Shown in pieces: positions 9,011-21,099 of a DNA stretch of 43,163 bases. Within the stretch, counting starts at the first letter, position 1; every line of letters begins with the position of its first letter. The notes under the pieces are model-generated. The model saw nothing but the letters and a program-made list of their open reading frames with translations, ran no database searches and was not told the origin of the DNA. This DNA comes from Candidatus Limnocylindrales bacterium. Lineage in GTDB: Bacteria > Chloroflexota > Limnocylindria > Limnocylindrales > CSP1-4. The DNA is taken from the NCBI GenBank assembly GCA_036493155.1, contig DASXQE010000054.1:1-43163 (forward strand), written 5' to 3'. The position numbers were made by a program, and so were the translations under genes.

Positions 9011-10615
9011 TCAGGCGGCCGGCTGGGCGCGGCGGGCTCGCTCCGCCGGCGTCGGCGCGGCGGCATCGCTCGCCGCCGGAAGGTCGGCCGGCTCGACACC
9101 GCGCCACGACGCGGCAGCGGTGACCGCCTCGTAGGCTCGACCCAGGCGCAGGAGCGGCGCCTCGGACCAGGCCGGCCCGATGAGCTGGAGGCCGACCGGC
9201 AGGCCCTCGGACAGGCCGCACGGTACCGACAGGCCGGGCAGGCCCGCGATGTTGACCGGCAGCGTGCAGGCGTCCGAGAGGTACATCGCGACGGGGTCGT
9301 TCATGCGGGCCCCGAACGGGAACGCGACGGTGGGCGAGGTTGGCGCAACCAGGCCGTCGAAGCCGCGTTCGAAGACGCTGTCGAAGTCCCGCTTGATGAG
9401 CGTCCGGACCTTCTGGGCCTTGAGGTAGAACGCGTCGTAGTAGCCCGCCGAGAGGGCATACGTCCCCAGCATCACGCGCCGCTTGACCTCGGGCCCGAAG
9501 CCTTCGCCCCGCGTCGCGAGATAGTCGGCGATGAAGTCGCCGCCCGGCGTGCGAACGGAGTGGCCGTAGCGGACGCCGTCGTAGCGGGCGAGGTTGGCCG
9601 AGGCTTCGGCCGGGGCGACGATGTAATACGTGGCCAGGCCGTAGTCGGTGTGCGGCAGGCTGACGTCCTCGATCGTGGCGCCCGCCGATTCGAGGGCGGC
9701 CACGGCGGTGCGGATCGCCGCTTCGACGCCCGGCTCCATGCCTGCGACGAAGTACTCCTTCGGCAGGCCGAGGCGCTTGCCCTTGAGGTAGGCGGCGGCC
9801 TCGTCGTCGGACGCCGGCAGCGAGATGAGGTCGTCGGGCACGGGAATGGGCGCCGAGGTCGAGTCGCGGTCGTCGCGTCCCGACACGGCATGCAGCAGCG
9901 CGGCGGCGTCTCGGACATCCCGCGCCAGGGGTCCGATCTGGTCGAGGGACGACGCGAACGCGACGATTCCGTAGCGGCTCACCCGGCCGTAGGTCGGCTT
10001 CATCCCGACGATCCCGCACAGGGCCGCCGGCTGCCGGATCGAGCCGCCGGTGTCGGTGCCGATCCCGTAGGGCGCGTGGTAGGCGGCGACGGCGGCCGAC
10101 GAGCCGCCGCTCGAGCCACCCGGCACCCGGCCGAGGTCCCACGGGTTGGCTGTCGGTCCGAAGGCCGAGTGCTCGGTGGAGGAACCCATCGCGAACTCGT
10201 CCATGTTGGTCTTGCCCAGCAGCACGGCGCCGGCTGACCGGAGCCGCTCGGTGACATGGGCGTCGTAGGGGGCGACGTAGCCCTCGAGGATCCGCGAGCC
10301 GGCGGTGCACGGCCCGCCCGCCACGGAGACCAGGTCCTTCAGCGCCACGGGCAGCCCGAGGAGCGGGTGCAGCCGATCGAGGACGGCGCTGCCCTGCCCG
10401 CGCGCCGCCGCGAGGATCGCGTCCGCGGCGTCGGCCTGGCGGAGCGCCTCGTCGCGGTCGATCAGGAGCCACGCGTTGAGGGCCCGATTCTCGCGCTCGG
10501 CAGCCTCGAGATGCGCGAGCGTGATCTCGCGCGACGTGATCCGGCCGGCGCGGAGGTCCGCCGCCAAATCGTGGCCGAGGGACCGCGTCAGGCTGGCCCT
10601 CGTCGCCGCCGTCAT
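9011..10615 (-). CDS. gatA: Glu-tRNA(Gln)/Asp-tRNA(Asn) amidotransferase subunit A
   Basis: The 534-aa ORF has the amidase signature GGSSGGSSAAVAA and GTDTGGSIRQPAA. Its ATG overlaps the gatC stop (ATGA). There is a ~35-aa Ala/Pro-rich C-terminal extension. Confidence 0.95.
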   Translation of the reverse strand: MTAATRASLTRSLGHDLAADLRAGRITSREITLAHLEAAERENRALNAWLLIDRDEALRQADAADAILAAARGQGSAVLDRLHPLLGLPVALKDLVSVAGGPCTAGSRILEGYVAPYDAHVTERLRSAGAVLLGKTNMDEFAMGSSTEHSAFGPTANPWDLGRVPGGSSGGSSAAVAAYHAPYGIGTDTGGSIRQPAALCGIVGMKPTYGRVSRYGIVAFASSLDQIGPLARDVRDAAALLHAVSGRDDRDSTSAPIPVPDDLISLPASDDEAAAYLKGKRLGLPKEYFVAGMEPGVEAAIRTAVAALESAGATIEDVSLPHTDYGLATYYIVAPAEASANLARYDGVRYGHSVRTPGGDFIADYLATRGEGFGPEVKRRVMLGTYALSAGYYDAFYLKAQKVRTLIKRDFDSVFERGFDGLVAPTSPTVAFPFGARMNDPVAMYLSDACTLPVNIAGLPGLSVPCGLSEGLPVGLQLIGPAWSEAPLLRLGRAYEAVTAAASWRGVEPADLPAASDAAAPTPAERARRAQPAA

Positions 10616-10914
10616 GATTCGCCGCCGCCGAGGATCGGCGGCACGACCAGGAACTCGCCAGATCGGGCCGGCGCGTTGCCGAGCACCGCTGCCTGCGGCA
10701 GGGACGGGGTGACGACGTCATCGCGGAGGATGTTCTCGAGCTCGATCGTCTGGGCGGTCGGCGGGATCGCGTCGGTGTCGAGCTCGGCGAGCTTGGCGTA
10801 CTGGTCGAGGATGTGGTTGAGCTGGCCCTCGAGCCGGTCGAGCTCGGCCTCGGTCAGCCCGAGGCGGGCGAGATACGCGACATGCTCGACGTCGGAGCGG
10901 GAAAGGCCGGCCAT
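10612..10914 (-). CDS. gatC: Glu/Asp-tRNA amidotransferase subunit C
   Basis: The 100-aa protein reads VEHVAYLARLGLTEAELDRLEGQLNHILDQYAKLAELDT...LRDD, the canonical GatC pattern. Confidence 0.9.
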   Translation of the reverse strand: MAGLSRSDVEHVAYLARLGLTEAELDRLEGQLNHILDQYAKLAELDTDAIPPTAQTIELENILRDDVVTPSLPQAAVLGNAPARSGEFLVVPPILGGGES

Positions 10915-10920
10915 CGGGCG

Positions 10921-10928
10921 ATGATACT
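10921..10928. promoter_or_regulatory. Overlapping divergent -10 boxes in the 20-bp gatC/GNAT spacer
   Basis: The minus strand reads TATCAT(10926-10921)-cgcccg-ATG(10914). The plus strand reads GATACT(10923-10928)-ggcgag-GTG(10935). Confidence 0.35.
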
Positions 10929-10934
10929 GGCGAG

Positions 10935-11777
10935 GTGCCGACGATCATCCGCTCGATGCGGCCGACCGATCTCGAGCCGGCGACGCAGGCCATCCTCCGC
11001 GACGACTGGGGCGATCGCCGGGCGTGGTTCGAGTTCACGCTCGCCCAGGACACCTGCCACCCGTTCGTCGCGACCCTCGACGATCGAATCGTCGGCACGG
11101 GCGTCGGCGTCCGGAGTGGCCGCGCCGGCTGGATCGGCGCGGTCTGGGTCGCCCCCGACCGCCGCCGCCACGGCTTGGGCCGGGCGCTGACGGAGGCGGT
11201 CATCTCCGCCCTCATCGATGGCGGGGTCAGGACGCTGGTCCTCGTCTCGACCGAGGCGGGCGGGCCACTCTACGAGCGGCTCGGCTTCGCGATCGACACG
11301 TGGTACGAGATCCTCGAGTCGCCCGGGACATCCGACCCGGCGCCGGCCAACGTCCGGCCGTTCCGGCGTGGCGACCTCGCGGCGATGGCCGGGCTCGACG
11401 CCCTGGCGACGGGCGAAGATCGCGCCTCCGTGCTGCGGCGCTTCGCGTCGCCATCGACGGCCCGCGTCGTCACGGCGCGGAACGCCGGCGGCCAGCCCGA
11501 GGTCCACGGCTTCGTCGTGCGCGCGCCGTGGGGCGGCGGCGCGACGATCGCACCCTCCGCCGACGATGCCATGGCGCTGCTCGAGGCCCGGCGAGCGGCC
11601 GCCGGACCGACCGGTCGCGTCCGGGTCGGGATCCTCCGTGAGAACCAGGCGGGTCGGGCCCGGCTGGAGGCGCTCGGGCTGCGGCCGGCCTGGTCGGCGC
11701 CCCGGATGGTCCGCGGCGAGCCGCTCGACTGGCACCCCGACTGGATCTGGGGCCAGTTCAACCACGCGATGGGCTAG
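10935..11777 (+). CDS. GNAT family N-acetyltransferase with a C-terminal YitH-like extension
   Basis: The acetyl-CoA binding pattern is WIGAVWVAPDRRRHGLGRALTEAVI...PLYERLGF. The protein is 280 aa with a GTG start. Confidence 0.8.
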   Translation: MPTIIRSMRPTDLEPATQAILRDDWGDRRAWFEFTLAQDTCHPFVATLDDRIVGTGVGVRSGRAGWIGAVWVAPDRRRHGLGRALTEAVISALIDGGVRTLVLVSTEAGGPLYERLGFAIDTWYEILESPGTSDPAPANVRPFRRGDLAAMAGLDALATGEDRASVLRRFASPSTARVVTARNAGGQPEVHGFVVRAPWGGGATIAPSADDAMALLEARRAAAGPTGRVRVGILRENQAGRARLEALGLRPAWSAPRMVRGEPLDWHPDWIWGQFNHAMG

Positions 11778-11861
11778 GCGGTCGCGCGGTTCGGGCAACC
11801 GATCACCCGAATGCGAGACGGGCGCCGCCGACCGCCGGTCGCGCGCAAGGGCCGCGGGCCG

Positions 11862-13985
11862 ATGCTGGCGGCCATGAGCTCTCCCGTCAGCCCGCCGGCC
11901 ATCCGGCGCCGAGATCCCCGGGCCCTGCCGCCGTATCTCTCGAACGGCGTGCTCGGGGTCCGATCCCCTGGACTGCCGCACCTTCGCGGCACGACGATGG
12001 TCAACGGCTTCAGCGGCTTGCACCCGTCCGACGGCGTCGAGGGCTTCGCTCGCGCTCCGTACGCGCTTGCCTTCGATGTCACGATCGATCGGCTGTCGGC
12101 CTTCGCCGCGCCGGAGCGAGTCGAGCTGCATGAGCAGCGCTACGACTTCGAGACGGCCGAGCTGACGACCACGTGGACGCTGCACGGCGAGCGCGCCAAT
12201 GCCCACGTCCAGGTCGTCGCGTTCTGCTCCCGGACGTTGCCCGCGATCGCGGCGGCCGAGCTATCGGTGGAGCTGGATGGCCCCGCTGACCTCGAGGTCA
12301 CGGCGGGCTTCGACGCGACGGACGTCCCCGGGGTCGCGGACCGGGAGGCGCAACCGCCCAGCAAGGGTCCGAACGAGGGCGTCGACGGCGTCGTCCGGTG
12401 GCAGGCGCCTGGGCGGATCGCGGAGCTCGGCGTCGCGTACAGCACCCGGTTCCGAGGCGATTCGGAGGCAGAGCGCCGCCCATCGATGTCCGATCAACGG
12501 GCGTGGTTCAGTACGACCTATGCCCTGCGGGCCCGCGCCGACCGGACGTATCGGCTGGCGCTGCTGACGGGCTACGTGCCAGACCTGTCGCACCATCGGC
12601 CGGACGAGGAGGCCGGCCGGATCGCCGCCAAGGCCGCAGACCTTGGCTTCGAGCGTCTCCAGCGCGACAACCGCGAGGCCTGGCGGGAGCGCTGGCGCAG
12701 CCGGATCGTGGTGGCAGGGGCGGATGCACGCTGGCAGGCCATCGTCGACGCGAGCGTCTTCTACCTGCTGACGTCCGTGCACGCCTCGGCCCTTGCGAGC
12801 ATCTCGCTGTTCGGGCTGGCGTACTGGCCGAACTACCACTACTACCACGGTCACGTCATGTGGGACATCGAGACCTTCACCGTCCCACCCCTGGTGCTCC
12901 TCGACCCGCCGGCGGCCCACGCCCTGCTCGACTTCCGGCTCCGTCACCTGGACGCGGCCCAGCACAACGCGGCGCTCCATGGCTGGCGCGGAGCGCTGTA
13001 CCCGTGGGAGGCGTGCCCGCTGCACGGGGAGGAGTCGACGCCCGGTGCTCGTCCGTATACCGAGGACCACGTGACCTCGGACGTCGCCCTGGCGTTCGCG
13101 GCCTACGTGCACGCGACCGGTGACCTCGACTACGCCCGCCGGGCGGCGTGGCCGGTCCTGCGCGCCGTCGGCGAGTGGGCGGCCTCGCGCGTGATCCGGA
13201 CGCCGAGCGGCTTCGAGCTTCGCGGCACGGTGGGTCCCCGCGAGTCGTACGAGCCCGTCGACAACGACGCGTACACCAACCTTGCAACGGCTCGGGCGCT
13301 GCAGGAGGCGATCGCCTGCGCCCGGCTGATCGGCGAGGCCGCTCCTTCGGGCTGGCAGGCGATTGCTGACGGCCTCGTCGTGCCGCGCGACCGGCGCCGC
13401 GGGGCGATCGTGAATCACGAGCACGCGCGGCTGACCGAGGTCCAGGGCGGCGTGCCTGAGGGCGCCGCGGCGCTGTTTCCTGCTGGCTATGCCGTCGATC
13501 CCGCCACTGCCCGCGCCACGTATCGCTACGCGGCGGTCGAGCAGGCTCCGCTGTACGTGGGTGCGCCGATGCTCTCCGCGCTCATGCCGGTCTTCGCCGC
13601 TCGAGCCGGGCTTGCGGACCGAGCCGCGAACCTGCTCGAACCAGGCTACGGCGCCTTCATCACCGAGCCCTTCCGCGAGCCCGCCGAGCATCCTGTCGCG
13701 AGCGATCAGCCGGTCGCGTCACCGATGTTCGCGAACCTGAGTGGCTTCATCAGCGGCCTGCTCTACGGCTTCACGCGACTCCGGCTCGACGACGGACCGC
13801 CGGAGTCGTGGGCGAGCGGGCCCACGACGCTTCCGGCGGGCTGGCGAGGGATCGAGATCGAACGCCTGTGGGTGCGCGGCGCCGAGTACTCACTGCGGGC
13901 TCGCGGGGGCTCGCCGGCCGAGCTCCGGCCACTCGAGCCCGCCGGTCGCGTCAAGCGGACCCGCGGCCGGGCGACGGCCGCCTGA
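11862..13985 (+). CDS. Glycoside hydrolase family 65-like protein ((alpha/alpha)6 hydrolase or phosphorylase)
   Basis: The central domain reads YHGHVMWDIETF...YPWE...TEDHVTSDVALAF...GTVGPRESYEPVDNDAYTN, resembling the GH65 catalytic-acid region (GPDEY...NNNAYTN). No signal peptide is visible. The start could be ATG 11862, 11874 or 11811. Confidence 0.7.
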   Translation: MLAAMSSPVSPPAIRRRDPRALPPYLSNGVLGVRSPGLPHLRGTTMVNGFSGLHPSDGVEGFARAPYALAFDVTIDRLSAFAAPERVELHEQRYDFETAELTTTWTLHGERANAHVQVVAFCSRTLPAIAAAELSVELDGPADLEVTAGFDATDVPGVADREAQPPSKGPNEGVDGVVRWQAPGRIAELGVAYSTRFRGDSEAERRPSMSDQRAWFSTTYALRARADRTYRLALLTGYVPDLSHHRPDEEAGRIAAKAADLGFERLQRDNREAWRERWRSRIVVAGADARWQAIVDASVFYLLTSVHASALASISLFGLAYWPNYHYYHGHVMWDIETFTVPPLVLLDPPAAHALLDFRLRHLDAAQHNAALHGWRGALYPWEACPLHGEESTPGARPYTEDHVTSDVALAFAAYVHATGDLDYARRAAWPVLRAVGEWAASRVIRTPSGFELRGTVGPRESYEPVDNDAYTNLATARALQEAIACARLIGEAAPSGWQAIADGLVVPRDRRRGAIVNHEHARLTEVQGGVPEGAAALFPAGYAVDPATARATYRYAAVEQAPLYVGAPMLSALMPVFAARAGLADRAANLLEPGYGAFITEPFREPAEHPVASDQPVASPMFANLSGFISGLLYGFTRLRLDDGPPESWASGPTTLPAGWRGIEIERLWVRGAEYSLRARGGSPAELRPLEPAGRVKRTRGRATAA

Positions 13986-14012
13986 CCTCGGCGGCCCCGC
14001 GGCCGGTTCGGC

Positions 14013-14543
14013 TCAGCGGCCGGACCGCACTGCCGCGAGGGCCCGATCCGCCTGGTCGAGATGGACCCGATCGTGGCCGGCAATGAGGCGGAACGTCAGC
14101 TCGTAGCTCTCGGGGCCGCGCTCCCGGTGCAGCCCGACCCGTGACCGCTCCGCCACCGGCGTGCGCCGCCACAACGCGAGATTCGCGCGCCGGAGCGCCT
14201 CGAACAGGTCCAGCAGCTCGTCGACATCGTCCTGGCCATGGCGCAGTCCATCGACCCAGCGATCCTGGTCGTAGCCGACGAGCTCGGGCTCGTCGTGGGC
14301 GAGGATCCAGCGATACCGGCCCGAGCTGACCAGCTCGCCATCGACGACGTGGCCGATGCATTCGAGGACCGACCACTCGCCGGGCTCGGGGCGGATCCGG
14401 AGGTCCGGCCCGGCATCGCGGACGAGGGCCCGGATCCGGGCTGGCGTCGACGCCTGGGCGTCAGCCGGATCGTCGTCGCCGAGGGCCGCCAGGAGGGAGG
14501 CCTGGTAGGCCTTGGCTTCGCGAATGGGATCGGGCGACGTCAT
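14013..14543 (-). CDS. DinB/YfiT-like metal-dependent four-helix-bundle protein
   Basis: The 176-aa protein has His residues spaced as in the DinB_2 family (IGHVVDGE ... HRERG ... AGHDRVHLDQ). GGAGG lies 5 nt upstream of the ATG. Confidence 0.75.
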   Translation of the reverse strand: MTSPDPIREAKAYQASLLAALGDDDPADAQASTPARIRALVRDAGPDLRIRPEPGEWSVLECIGHVVDGELVSSGRYRWILAHDEPELVGYDQDRWVDGLRHGQDDVDELLDLFEALRRANLALWRRTPVAERSRVGLHRERGPESYELTFRLIAGHDRVHLDQADRALAAVRSGR

Positions 14544-14565
14544 GGAGGCCTCCGTTCGTGCTGGA

Positions 14566-18156
<3,591 letters not shown>

Positions 18157-18211
18157 GCGCGGGGCTGCGTCAGGCGCGGTGCGCGCCCAGCTGCGTCACG
18201 CCTCGTCCTCG

Positions 18212-20989
18212 TCAACCAACGAGCTCCAGGCCGGCCATCGACGCGAGGACCGTCTTGCGCCCGACCTGCGCATCGCGGAAGGCGACGGTGACCTCCTCGT
18301 CGCTGCGGGTCAGCTTTGACGTCACGACGATGCCGTCGCCCCAGCGAGCATGCCGGACCCGATCGCCGTCGCGATAGTGGCGCTCGCCGGGGATCACGGG
18401 CCGCTCGACTCGGTTCGCCGGCGCGGGAGCAGGCCGGCCGTCGGATCCGTGGCCGGCGAAGGCCGCCGCGCCGCCGTCGACGTCGTCGGCGAACGCGCCA
18501 CCGTCCTCGTCCCAGCTGCCGAACCGCGGCCGGAGCGAGCCCGACCGGGCCCCGGCGGCGAACGCATCGCGCTTGGCCGCGAGATCGCGCGTCGGCCGGA
18601 ATGCCTCGCCGGCTCGCGGCGCACCCGGCCGGCCGCTGCCCTCACGGAACGCCGCGCCGCCGGGGCGCGTCGATCGTCCGAAGCGCGTTGCGCCCCGGCC
18701 GAACACGAGGTCGAGGTCGTCCATGGTCCGATCGCCGCCATCGGCCGCAAGCGCGCCGAGACGCGGCCCGGACATGAGCTCCGGCGGGATCTCGAGCAGG
18801 AACCGCGACGGCTCGGCCATGAAGCTGCCGGGCCCGCGGCGCGTCGCGCGCTGCCAGGCATGCGACAGGTACAGCCGCTCCCGGGCCCGGGTCATGCCCA
18901 CGTAGGCGAGGCGGCGCTCCTCCTCCATCGGGCGTGGATCGGGGTTGAAGCCGGTCTCGGCCTCGAGCGCCCGGCTCGTGGGAAACAGGCCTTCCTCGAG
19001 GCCGGCGATGAACACGACATCGAACTCGAGGCCCTTGGCGGCATGGAGGGTGATCAGCGACAGCGCATCGGCGTTCGAGTCGTAGCTGTCCTGGTCGGCG
19101 ACGAGGGCCGTCTCCTCGAGGAGCCGGTCGAGGGCGTCGTCGGGCGAGAGGTCGTCGTAGCGGGTCGTGACCTCACGAAGCTCGAGCAGGTTGGCCCAGC
19201 GCTCCTCGCCCTCCTCGCTGCCGTCGGCGAGCATCGCCCGGTAGCCCGAGCGCTCCAGGACCTCATCGACCAGCTCCGGCAGCGGCAGGACGCCGATCCG
19301 GGTCCGGAGCCGCGTGAGCAGCCCGACGAAGTCGGCGATCGCGCTGCGCGGGCGCGTGCCGAGCTCGGAGATGCGCCCGTCGGCCGCGGCGTTGAGCGTG
19401 CGCCAGTAGCTCTCGCCGTCACGCGCCGCGGCCGCGCGCAGGACCTCGATGGTCTTGTCGCCGATGGAGCGGGCCGGGACGTTGATGATCCGCTCGAAGC
19501 TGACCACGTCCGAGTCGGACCGCAGGGCCCGGAGGTACGCCAGGGCGTCCTTGACCTCGCGCCGGGAGTAGAACCGGGTCCCGCCCACGACCTGGTAGCG
19601 GATCCCGTACCGGAGGCACGCCTCTTCGATCGCTCGGGATTGGGCGTTGGTCCGGTAGAGGATCGCCATCTCGCGGAGCCGGAACGGCTTCGCGCCGTCG
19701 TCGGCCCGGCGCGTGAGCGCGGTCCGCTCGCCCGTGAGGTCCTCGACCCGCCGGGCGATCCACTCGGCCTCCTCTTCCTCGTTGTAGGCCTCGAAGCGCT
19801 CGATCGGGCGGCCGCCGGCGCGATCCGTCCAGAGCTTCTTCTCGGAACGGGCCTCGTTGCGCGAGACCACGGCGTGGGCGGCGTCGAGGATCAGCTGGGT
19901 CGAGCGGTAGTTCTGCTCGAGCTTCACGACCGTCGCCTCGGGCCAGTCGCGCTCGAAATCGAGGATGTTGCGGATGTCCGCGCCGCGCCAGCCATAGATC
20001 GACTGGTCGTCATCGCCGACGACCGCCAGGTTGTGGTGCTTCGACGCGAGCGCCTTGACCCACAGGTATTGCGGCCGGTTCGTGTCCTGGTATTCGTCGA
20101 CGTGGAGGTAGCGCCAGCGCTCCTGGTACTTCGCGAGCACCTGGGGCGCGTCGTGGAACAGCCGCACGGCCTCGAGCAGGAGGTCGTCGAAGTCGAGGGC
20201 GTTGGCGTCGCGGAGCGCGGCCTGATAGCGGCGGGCCAGCGTCGCGATCTGGACGAGCACGCCGGTGGCCGCCCGGAAGGGCGGCAGCTCGGTCGGGTCC
20301 AGCATGTCGTTCTTGGCCCGGCTGATCGCCCCGAGGACCGTCTGGGGCCGCGTTTCGCCCTTGGCGTCGAGGCCCTCATCGCGGAGGATCCGCTTCATCA
20401 GCGCGACCTGGTCCTCGGTGTCGTAGATCACGAACCGGCGGTCCAGCCCGATGGCCTCGCCGTCGCGGCGGAGGACGAGGGCACAGAGCGAATGGAACGT
20501 CCCAGCCTGGACCTCGCGGCCCGGCTCCCCGACGAGGCGGATGATCCGCTCGCGCAGCTCGGCCGCGGCCCGATTGGTGAACGTCACCGCGAGAATCCGG
20601 AATGGCGGCACGCCCTTCACGCCGACGAGATAGGCGATCCGATGGGCCAGCACGCGGGTCTTGCCGGAGCCCGCCCCCGCGAGGATCAGGACCGGCCCGT
20701 CCGTCGTGCTGACCGCCCGCGCCTGTTCGGGGTTCAGGCGCCCGAGGATCTCCTGCTCCCGCTCCTTGCGGCGCCGGGCCATGGTCGCGGTGGCGTTCGC
20801 TTCGGCGGCGGGATCGCGCGTCGCGCCCGGTCCGACCATCTCGGTCGAGGGGATCGACAGCCACTCGGGCTCCGCCGGGAGGGTCGCCGCGGTCCCATCG
20901 GTGAACGCCTCGTCACCGAGGTCGATCCGGGTCCCGTCGGGCTCCGCCGGAGCCTCGGCGCGACGCTGCCTTCGAGACGCTGGGCTCAC
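18212..20989 (-). CDS. pcrA: ATP-dependent DNA helicase PcrA/UvrD (SF1A)
   Basis: The helicase motifs are AGAGSGKTRVL, VDEYQDTN and TLHAAKGLEF. A long low-complexity linker leads to a C-terminal Tudor-like module (GDRVRHARWGDGIVV). The GTG 20989 start is supported by TAGAAT 6 nt upstream. In-frame ATGs at 20839 and 20782 are alternative starts. Confidence 0.9.
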   Translation of the reverse strand: MSPASRRQRRAEAPAEPDGTRIDLGDEAFTDGTAATLPAEPEWLSIPSTEMVGPGATRDPAAEANATATMARRRKEREQEILGRLNPEQARAVSTTDGPVLILAGAGSGKTRVLAHRIAYLVGVKGVPPFRILAVTFTNRAAAELRERIIRLVGEPGREVQAGTFHSLCALVLRRDGEAIGLDRRFVIYDTEDQVALMKRILRDEGLDAKGETRPQTVLGAISRAKNDMLDPTELPPFRAATGVLVQIATLARRYQAALRDANALDFDDLLLEAVRLFHDAPQVLAKYQERWRYLHVDEYQDTNRPQYLWVKALASKHHNLAVVGDDDQSIYGWRGADIRNILDFERDWPEATVVKLEQNYRSTQLILDAAHAVVSRNEARSEKKLWTDRAGGRPIERFEAYNEEEEAEWIARRVEDLTGERTALTRRADDGAKPFRLREMAILYRTNAQSRAIEEACLRYGIRYQVVGGTRFYSRREVKDALAYLRALRSDSDVVSFERIINVPARSIGDKTIEVLRAAAARDGESYWRTLNAAADGRISELGTRPRSAIADFVGLLTRLRTRIGVLPLPELVDEVLERSGYRAMLADGSEEGEERWANLLELREVTTRYDDLSPDDALDRLLEETALVADQDSYDSNADALSLITLHAAKGLEFDVVFIAGLEEGLFPTSRALEAETGFNPDPRPMEEERRLAYVGMTRARERLYLSHAWQRATRRGPGSFMAEPSRFLLEIPPELMSGPRLGALAADGGDRTMDDLDLVFGRGATRFGRSTRPGGAAFREGSGRPGAPRAGEAFRPTRDLAAKRDAFAAGARSGSLRPRFGSWDEDGGAFADDVDGGAAAFAGHGSDGRPAPAPANRVERPVIPGERHYRDGDRVRHARWGDGIVVTSKLTRSDEEVTVAFRDAQVGRKTVLASMAGLELVG

Positions 20990-20995
20990 CCCGGA

Positions 20996-21001
20996 ATTCT
21001 A
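20996..21001 (-). promoter_or_regulatory. Candidate -10 box TAGAAT, 6 nt upstream of the pcrA GTG (leaderless architecture)
   Basis: The minus strand reads TAGAAT-tccggg-GTG(20989). Confidence 0.4.
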
Positions 21002-21099
21002 GTCGGCGGCCATCACGAGCAGCCCATCGGCGCACCCACTGGACCGACAGGGTGCTGCCCCGCTACAAGACGGAGCTTCGACTCGTCTTGCAGGTCGCC

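Noticed and set aside
8525-10237. A 570-aa plus-strand ORF, together with the 585-aa minus-strand ORF 8964-10721.
   Set aside because: Both overlap gatA and the aminotransferase out of frame or antisense and have shadow-ORF composition. gatA (frame of 9011-10615) carries the amidase signature.
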